A stretch of DNA of 64,000 nt from Antechinus flavipes. Its lineage: Eukaryota. The notes beneath the pieces were generated by a model. That model searched no databases. It saw only the letters and a program-made list of their open reading frames with translations, and was not told the origin of the DNA. Location: positions 117,242,001-117,306,000 of the forward strand of contig NC_067398.1 in the NCBI RefSeq assembly GCF_016432865.1. Direction: 5' to 3'. Positions 1 to 11,300 of this stretch are shown one piece after another. A program made the position numbers and the translations under genes. Each line of letters starts with the position of its first letter. Within the stretch, counting starts at the first letter, position 1.

Positions 1-346
1 ATAGTCTGGTGTGGGGACTTGTCTTAAGCCCCAAAGCCTTAGCTCAGCCCAGCCTTGAGCACAGACATGACCCTGATCTTGACCTCAGTTCATTTTCTGA
101 AGCCTCTCTGGAAGCTGCCTTGGCCTCTAGCTTCAAGATTCTTAGGGTTACCCTCTTCTCCTGTCACATCATCATGATCTTTTGTAGTTCTAGCAGTAGA
201 AAACAACTTTGTTTTTTCATAGATCATCGTGTTTCATGATTTTTGGCCACACAGTATTAACAGGGAGAATATTAGCATTAATTTCAGCATAAATAAGTTT
301 GTGATCCTTGAAAATTTTATGTAGTTTCAAATAATCAACACAGCTC

Positions 347-1378
347 TGTTGGAATCTTTACAATCTAGACAAATGAAAATGATCACCTTCTTTTTGGGGT
401 TCTCACCTCCTTGAGAAGTCAGGGAGGTCATGACCACCATATGTTCTAAAACAAAAGAAAACGGGAAATGTTGGAATCTTTACAAACTGTTAAGTCATTA
501 GAATTGATAGAGACAATAATTATCTAATTTAGCATGGTTCAGTATCTTTGATCTAATCTTACAAGGAGATGTTTAGGGTCAGAACCTGAAACAAGGTACA
601 AGTAGAAATGGAGTTCACACATTTGGGAGATTTCAGGGTTTAGTATGAAATATCCGAATTCACACCTCCCTTGAAGCTTTTAGGGCCAGGGAGCACTCTG
701 GGAAAAACCCATAATCCTATTCTCTCTCAGAGGAGATCATATATAAGAAACAGACAGAGGCTCTCTGGAAGAGTTCAGCTGAAAAGACTTGAGAGGGGAG
801 CGTTGTCAAGATAAGAAACAGACAGAGGCTCTCTGGAAGAGTTCAGCTGAAAAGACTTGAGAGGGGAGCGTCGTCAAGATAAGAAACAGACAGAGGCTCT
901 CTGGAAGAGTTCAGCTGAAAAGACTTGAGAGGGGATTGTCAAGTCAGTTCAGGAGAAGCCCTCTCTTGGAGGCCCAACCAGATTCACTTGATCTCACACC
1001 ACTATGGTGGCTGGACTCCTGCACTTCCCACACTGAGACCAAGCTGGTCTGAAAGGTTCTCCAGAAAGCTAGCCGAGCCCCAAGTGAAGGAGGCAAGAGA
1101 GATTCATTCCATTTTCCACCTGGCTGGCTGGAGGCTGAAGGACAAACCTTTGGGATTTGGAGACATTCGGAGGGAGCTCTTGGAACCAAGCAGAAAGATA
1201 GTGCCTCTAAGAAAACTAACTGGGCTATATTGGAGACAATAAAAGATCTGAACTTTTAACACCTGGTTGCGTTTTGGGTGATGATTACTTATTAACTGAA
1301 AACTAAGGCTGCCTCCAGAAAAGCTCCCCAAGAAACCAACCTTCTCCCAGAGAGAATGATCTTATATTTTAAAGAACA
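347..1378 (+). mobile_element. Solo LTR of an endogenous retrovirus
   Basis: TG...CA ends (TGTTGGAATCTTTACAA at 347, repeated at 469; ...AAGAACA at 1378), TATATAA near 740, AATAAA near 1238, no flanking gag/pol. TSD not confirmed. Confidence 0.65.
743..943 (+). repeat. 68-bp tandem repeat, 3 copies, inside the LTR
   Basis: ATAAGAAACAGACAGAGGCTCTCTGGAAGAGTTCAGCTGAAAAGACTTGAGAGGGG... starts at 743, 811 and 879. Confidence 0.95.
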
Positions 1379-1434
1379 CTGCACAGCTTCACTCTCCTAT
1401 CCCATTCTGAGCATTGTATTATTGTCCATAGCAG

Positions 1435-1670
1435 GCTTGCGGCACAGAGGAGAGAGCACTGGATCTGGAGTCCAGGTGACCTGAATTCAAATCAGTCTTC
1501 AGAGACTAGCTCTGTGACCTTATGCAAGTCACTTAACTGTATGCCTCAGTATCTTTGCCTTAGTTTCCTCAGCTATAAAATAGGAGTGATAATAGTACCT
1601 ATCTTGCAGGGTTGATCAAATTAAAAAACACTAGCACAGTCTCTGACACTGTAGCTCTATATAAATGCTT
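1435..1670 (+). mobile_element. MIR/MAR1-type CORE SINE
   Basis: tRNA-derived head (GCACTGGA...TGAATTCAAATC) and core GTGACCTTATGCAAGTCACTTAAC. Confidence 0.7.
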
Positions 1671-2312
1671 ATTCCTTTCCTTTTCCCCTTCTGTAGGACC
1701 TATACAAAAATGTATGGATCAACTCAATAACTCGTGGACTAGTCCAATTGAATGTCACCAATCAACAAGAAGTTAATTATTAAATACTTACTAGGTGCCA
1801 AGTACTATGCCAGGAATACAAATATAAAAAAGTGATATACTATCTGCCCCCACAGAATTTAAATTTTACTCTTATAACCTCAGAAATAAGAGGCAGCATT
1901 AGCAATAGTTGGGAAGTTGGCCTTTGAGCTGGGATTGTCCAGGCTCAAGTCCACTTTCTGGCACATAATTGATATGTAGCTCTTAAGGAAGTCACTTAAC
2001 CTCTCAATATTCTGGACAACTTTATACTCCTATAAGTTGCAGAGAAGATGAAGTCCTACATTGGTAGAGAAAGTTCCTCAATGAATTCTCTCTCTACCAA
2101 TAAAACCATAGATCTATAGTCTCTATTCCTCAGCTGGGTATTGTGCAGTTTTCACTTATTTGTTGTTATCTTTTCACATGGGTAAAGAAGCCAATGTTTT
2201 CTGAATGATCATGGATCTTTTTGAAGAAGCTCCACAATATTCTGAGATCTGATACAATTGGCATGTCATTTGAAAACAGGACTATCTGTAGATCTTAAAA
2301 AATAGTCTAAGA

Positions 2313-2493
2313 TCCAGCTTCTTAAATTGTGGGTGATGATCCCATCTGGGAGTCTCATAATTGAATGTGAGGGTCACAAAATTATGATTATCAGAGTTTA
2401 TTTATCAGTTTTTATATATTCATATACCTAAGGTCATATAAAAATTTCTCAGATAAAAAGGGATCACAAGTAGAAAAAGTTTAAGAAGCCCTG
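2313..2493. mobile_element. hAT/Charlie-type MITE
   Basis: Imperfect TIRs (..CAGCTTCTTAAA / TTTAAGAAGCCCTG); a related degenerate copy lies near 8985-9110. Confidence 0.55.
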
Positions 2494-5400
2494 GCTAAGG
2501 CAGTGCCAGACATCTTAAAAGAACAGTTTTATTATTTGTTTAATATTAATAGTAAAAGAACACTGACCAAAATGATCCCTTTCATCTCTCAAAGACCCGT
2601 CTTATTATATTCATGCTAAAAACCTGAATTTTGTTCTACTAAGACAATTTTTGAAAATAAATAGCAGAGATGTCATTCAATTGGAGATCTTGGGCAAATC
2701 ACCCCTCCCCCACCCTCCATTGATCTTTTGGGGGTAGCCAGATGCCCTTTCAGGAAATTCCAGGCTCTGGAAAAAAGCCTTCAAAGCTTTTTTTGGGCAG
2801 ATCAAACTGCCCCCAGACCCCCAAGATTTGTTCATAAAATAGATTTCTATTAACATATTCTTTGCAACTTTTCTCATTAAGAGATTTGCTGTTAAGAGAG
2901 AGCTTCTTAAGTGAAAAATAAACCTTTCTTTTTGCCACTGATTTCGGGGTTTGGAAATTCTTTAGCATTTAGACTGGCATCTCTGAGCATAGGGGAGCTC
3001 TCTCCCTTATTCCCAGACCACATCAATAGGAATGAAAAGTTAGTGGTAGGTATTTGAGCAAAGTGTGAGAAGACTAGAAAGATGGAGTACCAGGGGAAAC
3101 TAGAAAAGGAAGGATCTTGAATTCATTCAACCTCTCAAGCAATGTTGTAACTGTGAAGAGTGGTCTGCTATGAATAATCATCTTTGAAATTCTGTTTGTT
3201 CCATTTTGTTATTTTCATGAAGAATATCCATTATTATGTGTGAAGATTATTCTCAAAAAGATTCAACCTAAGTGAAAAGCAAGACTATGGATTACTAGCC
3301 CCTAATATCTTCTGATCATCTTTTCTGATATTAATGCCATTTGTCATTTTTACCACTTTTACAAACTTTTCCTCTTACAGCATTTGACTTGGTATCAGGA
3401 TTCAATTCTTGCTTAAGTGTATAATCCTTAAAGCACTATATAAATGCTAGTTGTGGTAGGAGTGGTGATGATGATGATGATGATGATGAGGTTGAATAAC
3501 AATGCCTTTTAAATTGTCTTGTTTCCAGTAGAGATTGCTCATTTGGTTAAATCTTCAAATATCTGAAGAGTTATATGGAAGAGGGATTAGATATTCTCCT
3601 TGGCTTCAGAGAATAAAACTTGCACAATGAAAGTAAGTTACAGGGACAGAAGTAACTTCTAACAGCTAGAATTGCCCAATAATACAATAGGCTTCCTAGG
3701 GAGGTAATGAGCTCCTTGTCATTTAAAGTATTCCAGCACAAGTTTGGTCCCAAAGAAGATATGAGAAGACACCTCCTACTTTCCCTTATTATATTGCAAA
3801 AGTGGGAGATCTGTGGGTCTAGAACATTGAATATATTGCCATATTTTTTAGATTTATTGATTGGTTTTGTTCCTTTTTCCTCATTTTTAATTTTTTTCAA
3901 CTAAAAAATTATTTGTTATAAGGGATGGCTATCTGGAAGAGAGAAGGAGAAGGATAAAAACATTTTAGGTGATGTAAAAACAAGATTATCAATAAAATTT
4001 TATGTTTTAAAATGTTTAAGCAGATGCTAGATAATAACAATTATCATTTATATAACTAGCTTTATAATAAATGTTATCTAGTTTTTATCTTCACAAGGAC
4101 CCTGGAAGATAGATACTATTAAAGCACCTATTTCCAGATAAGGAAATTGAGGCAGAAAAAGGTAAAGTGACTTACCCACATAATAAATGTTTGAAGTCAT
4201 GTCTTTTTCATTCCAAGTACAATGCTCTAATTGCTTTAGCAATTAGGAAACGGTAGTGGGATTCCATTAGGAAGGTCTGACTACGCAAGAGAAGAGTTTG
4301 AAAGGTAAGAATTTCCAAGAAACCCAGACTAATTTCTCTGAGGAAGAGGCTTAGTTATCATAAAAGCAACCAAGCAACATCAAGGAACCCTCTGGTCTGA
4401 GGAGCTTGCCTGATATTTGGAGGACGAGGGTTGTCTTCTCCAAAGGGAGGTAACTCTTTAATCACTGGCTGGAACTAACAAGCTTCTGCTAGGGGCTCTG
4501 ACCTTGAAACATTTCTACACCTGGTTGAGCGGGTAACAGCATCTCCTTACAGTCACCTGCCCTAACAGAAAGAAAGGCCCTGCTGGCACCCACTCCAATC
4601 AGATGCTATTTGAAATTCAGATCCTGCCCTTTATTGCTTGATACAGTTTTACAAGCATTCTCAGAAATCGTTGAAACATTAACAAACACTTATCCAAACT
4701 TTTATTTTCTAGAGGATTCATAGTTGGGCCAGGACTAAATGCAGCGTCTTTTGAATCTTCAGCATTCTACTTCTCTCTCCCACTTAGAAAATGTAAACCT
4801 TTTGAAGAAGCAAGCCTGTGTACTATTAAGAGACCTAACCGGATAAGGTTCTAGCACCACAAAAGAGCTGTATGATCTGGGGGGAGGGGGGAGGGGAGGG
4901 GGACAACCTACTTGCTTATTTCCTAAGGTTTCTTATCAAATTAAGTTGGGTAATTTCTACATTTTCTTTCAGCTTTTAACCATCTGTCACTCCTCTACTT
5001 CCACTCTTACACTTTTCCATCTCTCTCAGTCACCACTCATCACTGAGGAGATTACCAACAAGGGGGTGTTTTGACTTGAGGAAAATAGACTCAGGGGCCT
5101 GGAATGAGCAAGGCTCATCCAGATGAGTACAAATCTGGTCTCCAAGGCCCTGGGGCTGGTAGTAAGCTGCTCCTTTGTCGGTTCTTTCCTCTTAAACACC
5201 TCCTTTCTTATCATTCCTACCGCTTCAGTCCAGATTCAGGCTATGAGCCTTGGAGATTGGTTCTTCAGGTCCGAGACCCTCACCTTGCCTTTCTCCTACC
5301 TCAGCTGGCCTAATTTTCCTCAACTACCCCTTTCAGAATGAAATTTCTTGCATGACTCCCTCGCTTTTTAACTCTGTTTGCCTCAGTTTCCTCACTGACA

Positions 5401-5699
5401 GAAAACGAGCAGGAAAAGGAAATGGCAAACCAGTCCTGTATCTTTACCAAAAAATCCCCCAAAGGGGGCACGACCGAAAAACAACAACGATAAGGAGAAA
5501 ACGTAAGCTCCTAACTCTGTAATACAAATTCTTTACTAAAGAACAAAGAATCTAGAAGAATGCAAACTGGGAAGGTATTAACAGAAAAAGAAAAAAAAAA
5601 AGCTAGATTCTGAAGCACGGCAAATACAAAAATTAAAACATTTCCCAGCAAAGAGTACGGCAGGGAAAGCGTAAAGATTCGAGTCCCGGGTCCCTTTTC

Positions 5700-6300
5700 G
5701 CAGTTATTTTGGAGAGAAAGACTACATTTCCCAGCAGGCCGTATAGGGACGCACACGCAAGCGCACTAACATTCCCTAGCCCGGGAACGAGGATGAGAAA
5801 AGTTCAGGGGGGGTGTTGCAGTTGCCGTCGCTGCGGTCTTCATCGACTCCGTCACAGTTGGCTCGTTTTGGCTCGTCCTCGGTAGGTAGGTTTGGGTAGC
5901 AGCTATGGGCCTTAAGCGGACCAGGGGAGCAGGGGAGCGGGGAGCGGCAACATCTTACCCGTTGTGCTCCCCCCATCCCGGGCCAGGCTGTGGTGCCCCA
6001 AGACACTAAAAGTACGCATGCGCACACTGCGGAGCTCGGGGAAGAGGGGTACGGAGGTGGAGAGGTCACGCGTCCGCCGCGGAGGGTTCTTTGTTCGCTT
6101 GGGCTGCGCCGAGCGAACCACGTGGGGAGGCGGCCTTTAGAAGCACGTGGGAAGGGGTGGGGGCAGAGTATTTAGAAGCACGTGCGTTGCTGCGAAGAGT
6201 GGAGGAGGAGAGGCGACTGGCGAGGAACACATCATGGCTTCGACGGGTATTTCTCCCGAGAGCAATTGTAGTGATAGTAGCGGATGTTTAGAAAGCCCCT
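5700..6300. promoter_or_regulatory. CpG-island promoter of SGF29
   Basis: Sharp GC/CpG enrichment against an AT-rich background. NRF1-like CGCATGCGCA at 6015-6024; CACGTG E-boxes at 6119, 6144 and 6179. Lies about 2 kb upstream of the first coding exon. Confidence 0.8.
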
Positions 6301-7512
6301 TAGAGCATTCCTTATTTCAGCGTCATGAGGTCTGTAGTGCGAGTTAATACCTCCATTTTACAGATAATCGTAACTAATAAGCTTTGTGTGCCGACTTGAA
6401 GTTTTGCAAAGTTCTTTTTCCACAGCCACGTTGGGAGGTAGGTAGTGCAAGTGTTGTCCCGTTAAATGGAGGAGGAAATGGCATCCCAAGGTATCACGAC
6501 TTGCCCAAGCTCCGGGGGCTGGTAGTAAGTAGGAGAGCTGGTCCTCTGTTGGTTCTGTTCTCCCAACATGTCCTTTCTTATTTTTGCTGCATTTGCCCAG
6601 TTTGGGGCTGTTACCACCCCACAGAGTGATTCTCCACATTGGATACCTCCATCTTTCCTTTCCTTTTCCTCAGCCAGACTACTTTTTCTGAAATACCTCC
6701 TTATGTCTGAAAGCCTCTTTCATGATTTCCTTTTTCCTATAGGATCCTATTCCATTAGTTGGAATTAAAGGCATTGATTACTGGAATTAAAGTAAAGGTA
6801 CTAAACATGAAGATGAATGGAGACGAAGGCACTGTAAAGAGAGAGGTTAAAGTTCATAGACTTATATCACCCACCCTCAACTTCGTTTTCTTGATACGAA
6901 AACAGGGATAGAAAAGTGAAGGGGGAGGGGCCTAGGAACATTCAGGTTGAAAAATAATAAGGAACAGATGTGGGATTAAAAACAATATTCTGATTTCCAT
7001 GTTGAGAAAATTATGAGACTAAGTCCCTTCGGGGAGTTATAAGGGATAGCATTTAGAAACGCAACTGATTTCCCTGCCTTTAGCATTTCCCCCTTTCCTG
7101 TGCATCTTTTTGTTAGTACATTCCTGACATTGAATTTGGAGTCAGAGCACCTGAGATAAATAGAACTCTTTTACCCACTACTTGGAATAACTTTGGGTAA
7201 AAGTGACTTCCCATTTCTGAGTTTCATTTAGTTTTCTTCCATCTAAAATGAGGTTGGTTTACGATTTTCTGAAGTCCTTTCTTGCTGTAAAGACTAGGCC
7301 CTACAAAATTGGAGCTTTTCACATTGCAGTCTTATTATCTAGGCCCCTCCTATCAGTTGCTTTGCTGTGTCTTTTTAGACTTAACTGCCATTGCTTCTTA
7401 AATAGCCCTTCTGCTTTAGCCACACTTATCTTAATTAACAATTTCTGCACATGCCATGCTATTTCTTTGCTAAGGTTTTCCTTGGAATTTCCCCTGTTCT
7501 TTTAACAGACCA

Positions 7513-7653
7513 NNNNNNNNNNNNNNNNNNNNNNNNNNNNNNNNNNNNNNNNNNNNNNNNNNNNNNNNNNNNNNNNNNNNNNNNNNNNNNNNNNNNNNNN
7601 NNNNNNNNNNNNNNNNNNNNNNNNNNNNNNNNNNNNNNNNNNNNNNNNNNNNN
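7513..7653. other. Assembly gap (N run)
   Basis: 141 Ns; sequence resumes inside an antisense SINE. Confidence 0.99.
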
Positions 7654-8364
7654 GAGATTAGATTTGAACTCGGGTCCTCCTGAATTCAGGGCTGGTGCTG
7701 TATCTACTGCACCACCTAACTTTCCCCAAATCCTATTCTTTTTTTTTTTAAGGCCCTCCACTAAAATTTTTTTTTTAACTTGATAAAACTCACTTCAAAC
7801 TTTGTTTTTCTGTTGTATGTAAGGAATGTGAAATTCCTTAATACCTGTTTGTAGTTTGAGACATAAACTTGCTAATTCAGTCATAGTTATTTGTTGCTCT
7901 TAATATTAGCTTCATAGAATTTAGAGTTGTAAGAACTTTTTTGAGATCATTTAGTTTGGTGGATAAAGGGACTGAGTCCTGGGGAAAAAAGAAAAATTTG
8001 CTTAAAGGCACAAAGCTAGTGAAGGGCATAACTAGACTCCAAAACTCCAAACAATAGTTTTCTGCTTCCTAATCCAGTTTTTTTTTTCCCCCTCATCTCT
8101 CAGAGATAGCTTCTCTTCTTAATAAAATATAAGGGTAGGGAGTGCAAGGACCAAATCATCTTATTAAAATACCCCTGTTAATGCAGAGTGCCATGCTTGT
8201 ATAGGAGAGACTTTTAAAATTGTTGCTGAATTAATTAAATTTAATGATTGTCACAGTGTTGCTGGTCCTTTAGCTTCAGGATGCTATCCTCCCAGAGGCT
8301 TTTGACCATTCTTTTCTTCCATTCCATTACTCTTGTCTCACAGAAAACAGTATTTACCACAGCC

Positions 8365-11300
8365 ATGGCATTGGTGTCAGCAGACTCCAGAATAGCTGAA
8401 CTACTGACAGAGCTCCATCAACTGATTAAGCAAACTCAGGTAATACTTCCCCCTCAGAAAAAGGTTTGACCTTGGTACAATTCTGAGGGTGATTAAAAAA
8501 GAGAATTGTAAGAGAGGTACCATAGGCTACCCTGACTATAGTTGTGAAAACATAACATTGGAATCAAACAGCATTAGTGGGGTTAAGTGACATAGGAACA
8601 ATGTTGCAAGTGCTGATTCCTTGAAGAGGAGAGAGCAGAAAGTTCAGGTGGTCAGAGAAAAGATGAGGGGGTGGAGACAGAGGGAGGTAGTTAAATAGGT
8701 AGGGTAGGGGAGTGGTAGGTTGGAGAGTTAGGCGACTAAAGGACTAGAGGATAGAAGCCATAGGACAATGCAAGCAAGGAACAGCTAAAATTGCAACCAA
8801 ATTGGCTATAATAGTGTTTTTGTGAGATGTTGATTTAGTGTAACATTGTATTGGGTATACATGGGAAGTAGTAGATAGTCATGTCAGAGAAGTGATATAT
8901 TTAGGAATTTAAGTAGTTTTATTTTTTTTCCCCTCCCTGCATTATGCCGTTTTAAATAGTTAAGCAAAACATACATGGTGTGTGTGTAGGGGAAACTAGG
9001 TATGTATCATAGTACACTTATATACCTATTATTTTATGTATAATCTGGGATTATATAAAAATTTCTCTGGCAAAAAGGGGGTTGAGTAGGAAAAGTTTAA
9101 GAGGCTCCTATTTAGCACATTATTTATTTATTTTGCATTCTTTACTTTCTTTTTTCTTTGATTTTTTTTTAAATTTAATTTTATTTAATAATAACTTTGT
9201 ATTGACAGAATCCATGCCAGGATAATTTTTACACAACATTATCCCTTGCAATCACTTGTGTTTCGTTTTTTCCCCTCCCTCCCTCCCCCCCCCCCCAAGA
9301 TGGCAAGCAGTCCTATATATGTTAAATATGTTGCAGTATATCCTAGATACAATACATATTTGCAGAACCGAATAGTTCTCCCGCTGCACAGGGAGAATTG
9401 GATTCAGAAGGTAAAAATAACTCGGGAAGAAAATCAAAAATGCAAATAGTTCACATTCATTTCCCAGTATTCCTTCTTTGGGTGTAGCTGTTTCTGTCCA
9501 TCATTTATCCAATGAAACTCAGTTAAGTCTCTTTGTCAGAGAAATCCACTTCCATCAGAATACATCCTCATACAATATCGTTGTCGAAGTGTATAATGAT
9601 CTCCTGGTTCTGCTCATCTCACTTAGCATCAGTCCATGTAGGTCTCTCCAAGCCTCTCTGTATTCATCCTGCTTGGTCATTCCTTATAGAGCAATAATAT
9701 TCCATAACATTCATATACCACAATTTACCCAGCCATTCTCCAATTGATGGGCATCCATTCATTTTCCAGTTTCTAGCCACTACAAACAGGGGTGCTGCAA
9801 ATATTTTGGCACATACAGGTCCCTTTGCATTCTTTACTTTCAAAGAGTTTGTTTAATCAAGCAAGACTACATGTACATATGTAACTATTTCCAGAAAACA
9901 AAAAAGGTGGTTTAGGAAGGTGTAAGGTAGGGGCATATGGGATCAGGAAAGGCTTTATGTTGAAGGTACTGAGTGAGCTGCAGTTTTGAACATAAAGAGG
10001 AATTCTGTGAAGCGATGATGAGGAAGAGAGGATTCCAGGCTCAGGGATAACTGGGGGCCAGTGAAGAATAGAGAAAGCCAGTTAGCTATATTTCAGTAAT
10101 GAAAGGCTGGGCCCAGGACATGGAGGGACTTAAAAGCCAAACAAGGGGAGAGTTTAGAATTGATCCCAAAGAAAACAGAGAGCCACTGGACATAATTGTT
10201 GGCAGTTTTTGTGCAGGAATTTTTATTTATTTATTTTTGTTCCATTTTTTTAAAAATATATTTTATTTTATTTTATAGTAACTTTATATTGACAGAATCC
10301 ATGCCAGTAATTTTTTTACAACATTATCCCTTGCACTCGCTTCTGTTTGGATTTTTCCCCTCCCTCCACCTCCTCCCCTAGATGGCAAGCAGTCCTATAT
10401 ATGTTAGATATGTTGCAGTATATCCTACATACAATATATGTTTGCAGAACCGAACAGTTCTCTTGTTGCATAGGGAAAATTGGATTCAGAAGGTAAAAAT
10501 AACCCCGGGAAGAAAACTAAAAATGCAAATAGTTCACATTCATTTCCCAGTGTTCTTTCTTTGGATGTAGTTGCTTCTGTCCATCATTTATCAATTGAAA
10601 CTGAATTAGGTCTTTTTGTCAAATAAATCCACTTCCATCAGAATACATCCTCATACAATATCGTTGTTGAAGTGTATAATGATCTCCTGGTTCTGCTTAT
10701 TTCACTTAGCATCAGTTCATGTAAGTCTCTCCAAGCCTCTCTGTATTCATTCTATGCAGGAATTTTTAGAAGAAAATTTTGGGTGGAGACAGTAAAGGGA
10801 AGTGCTCAGGGAGGCACTGAGCGGGTTTGGCAGTATAACCTTTTTCTTCCTCATCTTCCTTTTCTCTCCATATCGTGCAGGAAGAACGCTCCCGAAGTGA
10901 ACATAACCTGATCAATATCCAGAAGACACATGAGAGAATGCAGACAGAAAACAAAAGTGAGGCAGGGAGAGAATTTGGGGGTGGGGGGGTGGGATGGGAA
11001 CTAGCTGACCTGTTGAGGGAGCTTTGCTGTTCAATGTGTGTTTGTGTTCATCTGCAGTCTCCCCTTATTACCGGACAAAGCTTCGAGGTCTCTATACCAC
11101 AGCCAAGGCAGATGCAGAAGCAGAATGCAAGTGAGTGTGTTGTACTCCTAAAATCCTTTTTCCTCTTCCTAGTCTCACACATGAAAACAAAGATATGGCA
11201 TCTTCATATAATTTATATAATTATGTAATTTACATAATTTTATAATATAATGATATCATTAAAGATGTCATTCACATCCAAAGCCTTGTGATAGAAACAA

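Noticed and set aside
9-239. ORF at the window start as possible NUPR1, the expected neighbour
   Set aside because: No resemblance to NUPR1 motifs; wrong strand for the expected orientation
743-943. Direct repeats as a CRISPR-like array
   Set aside because: Contiguous tandem units without unique spacers, in eukaryotic LTR context
5026-5341. Several short ORFs upstream of SGF29
   Set aside because: No recognisable family and no coherent coding exon structure
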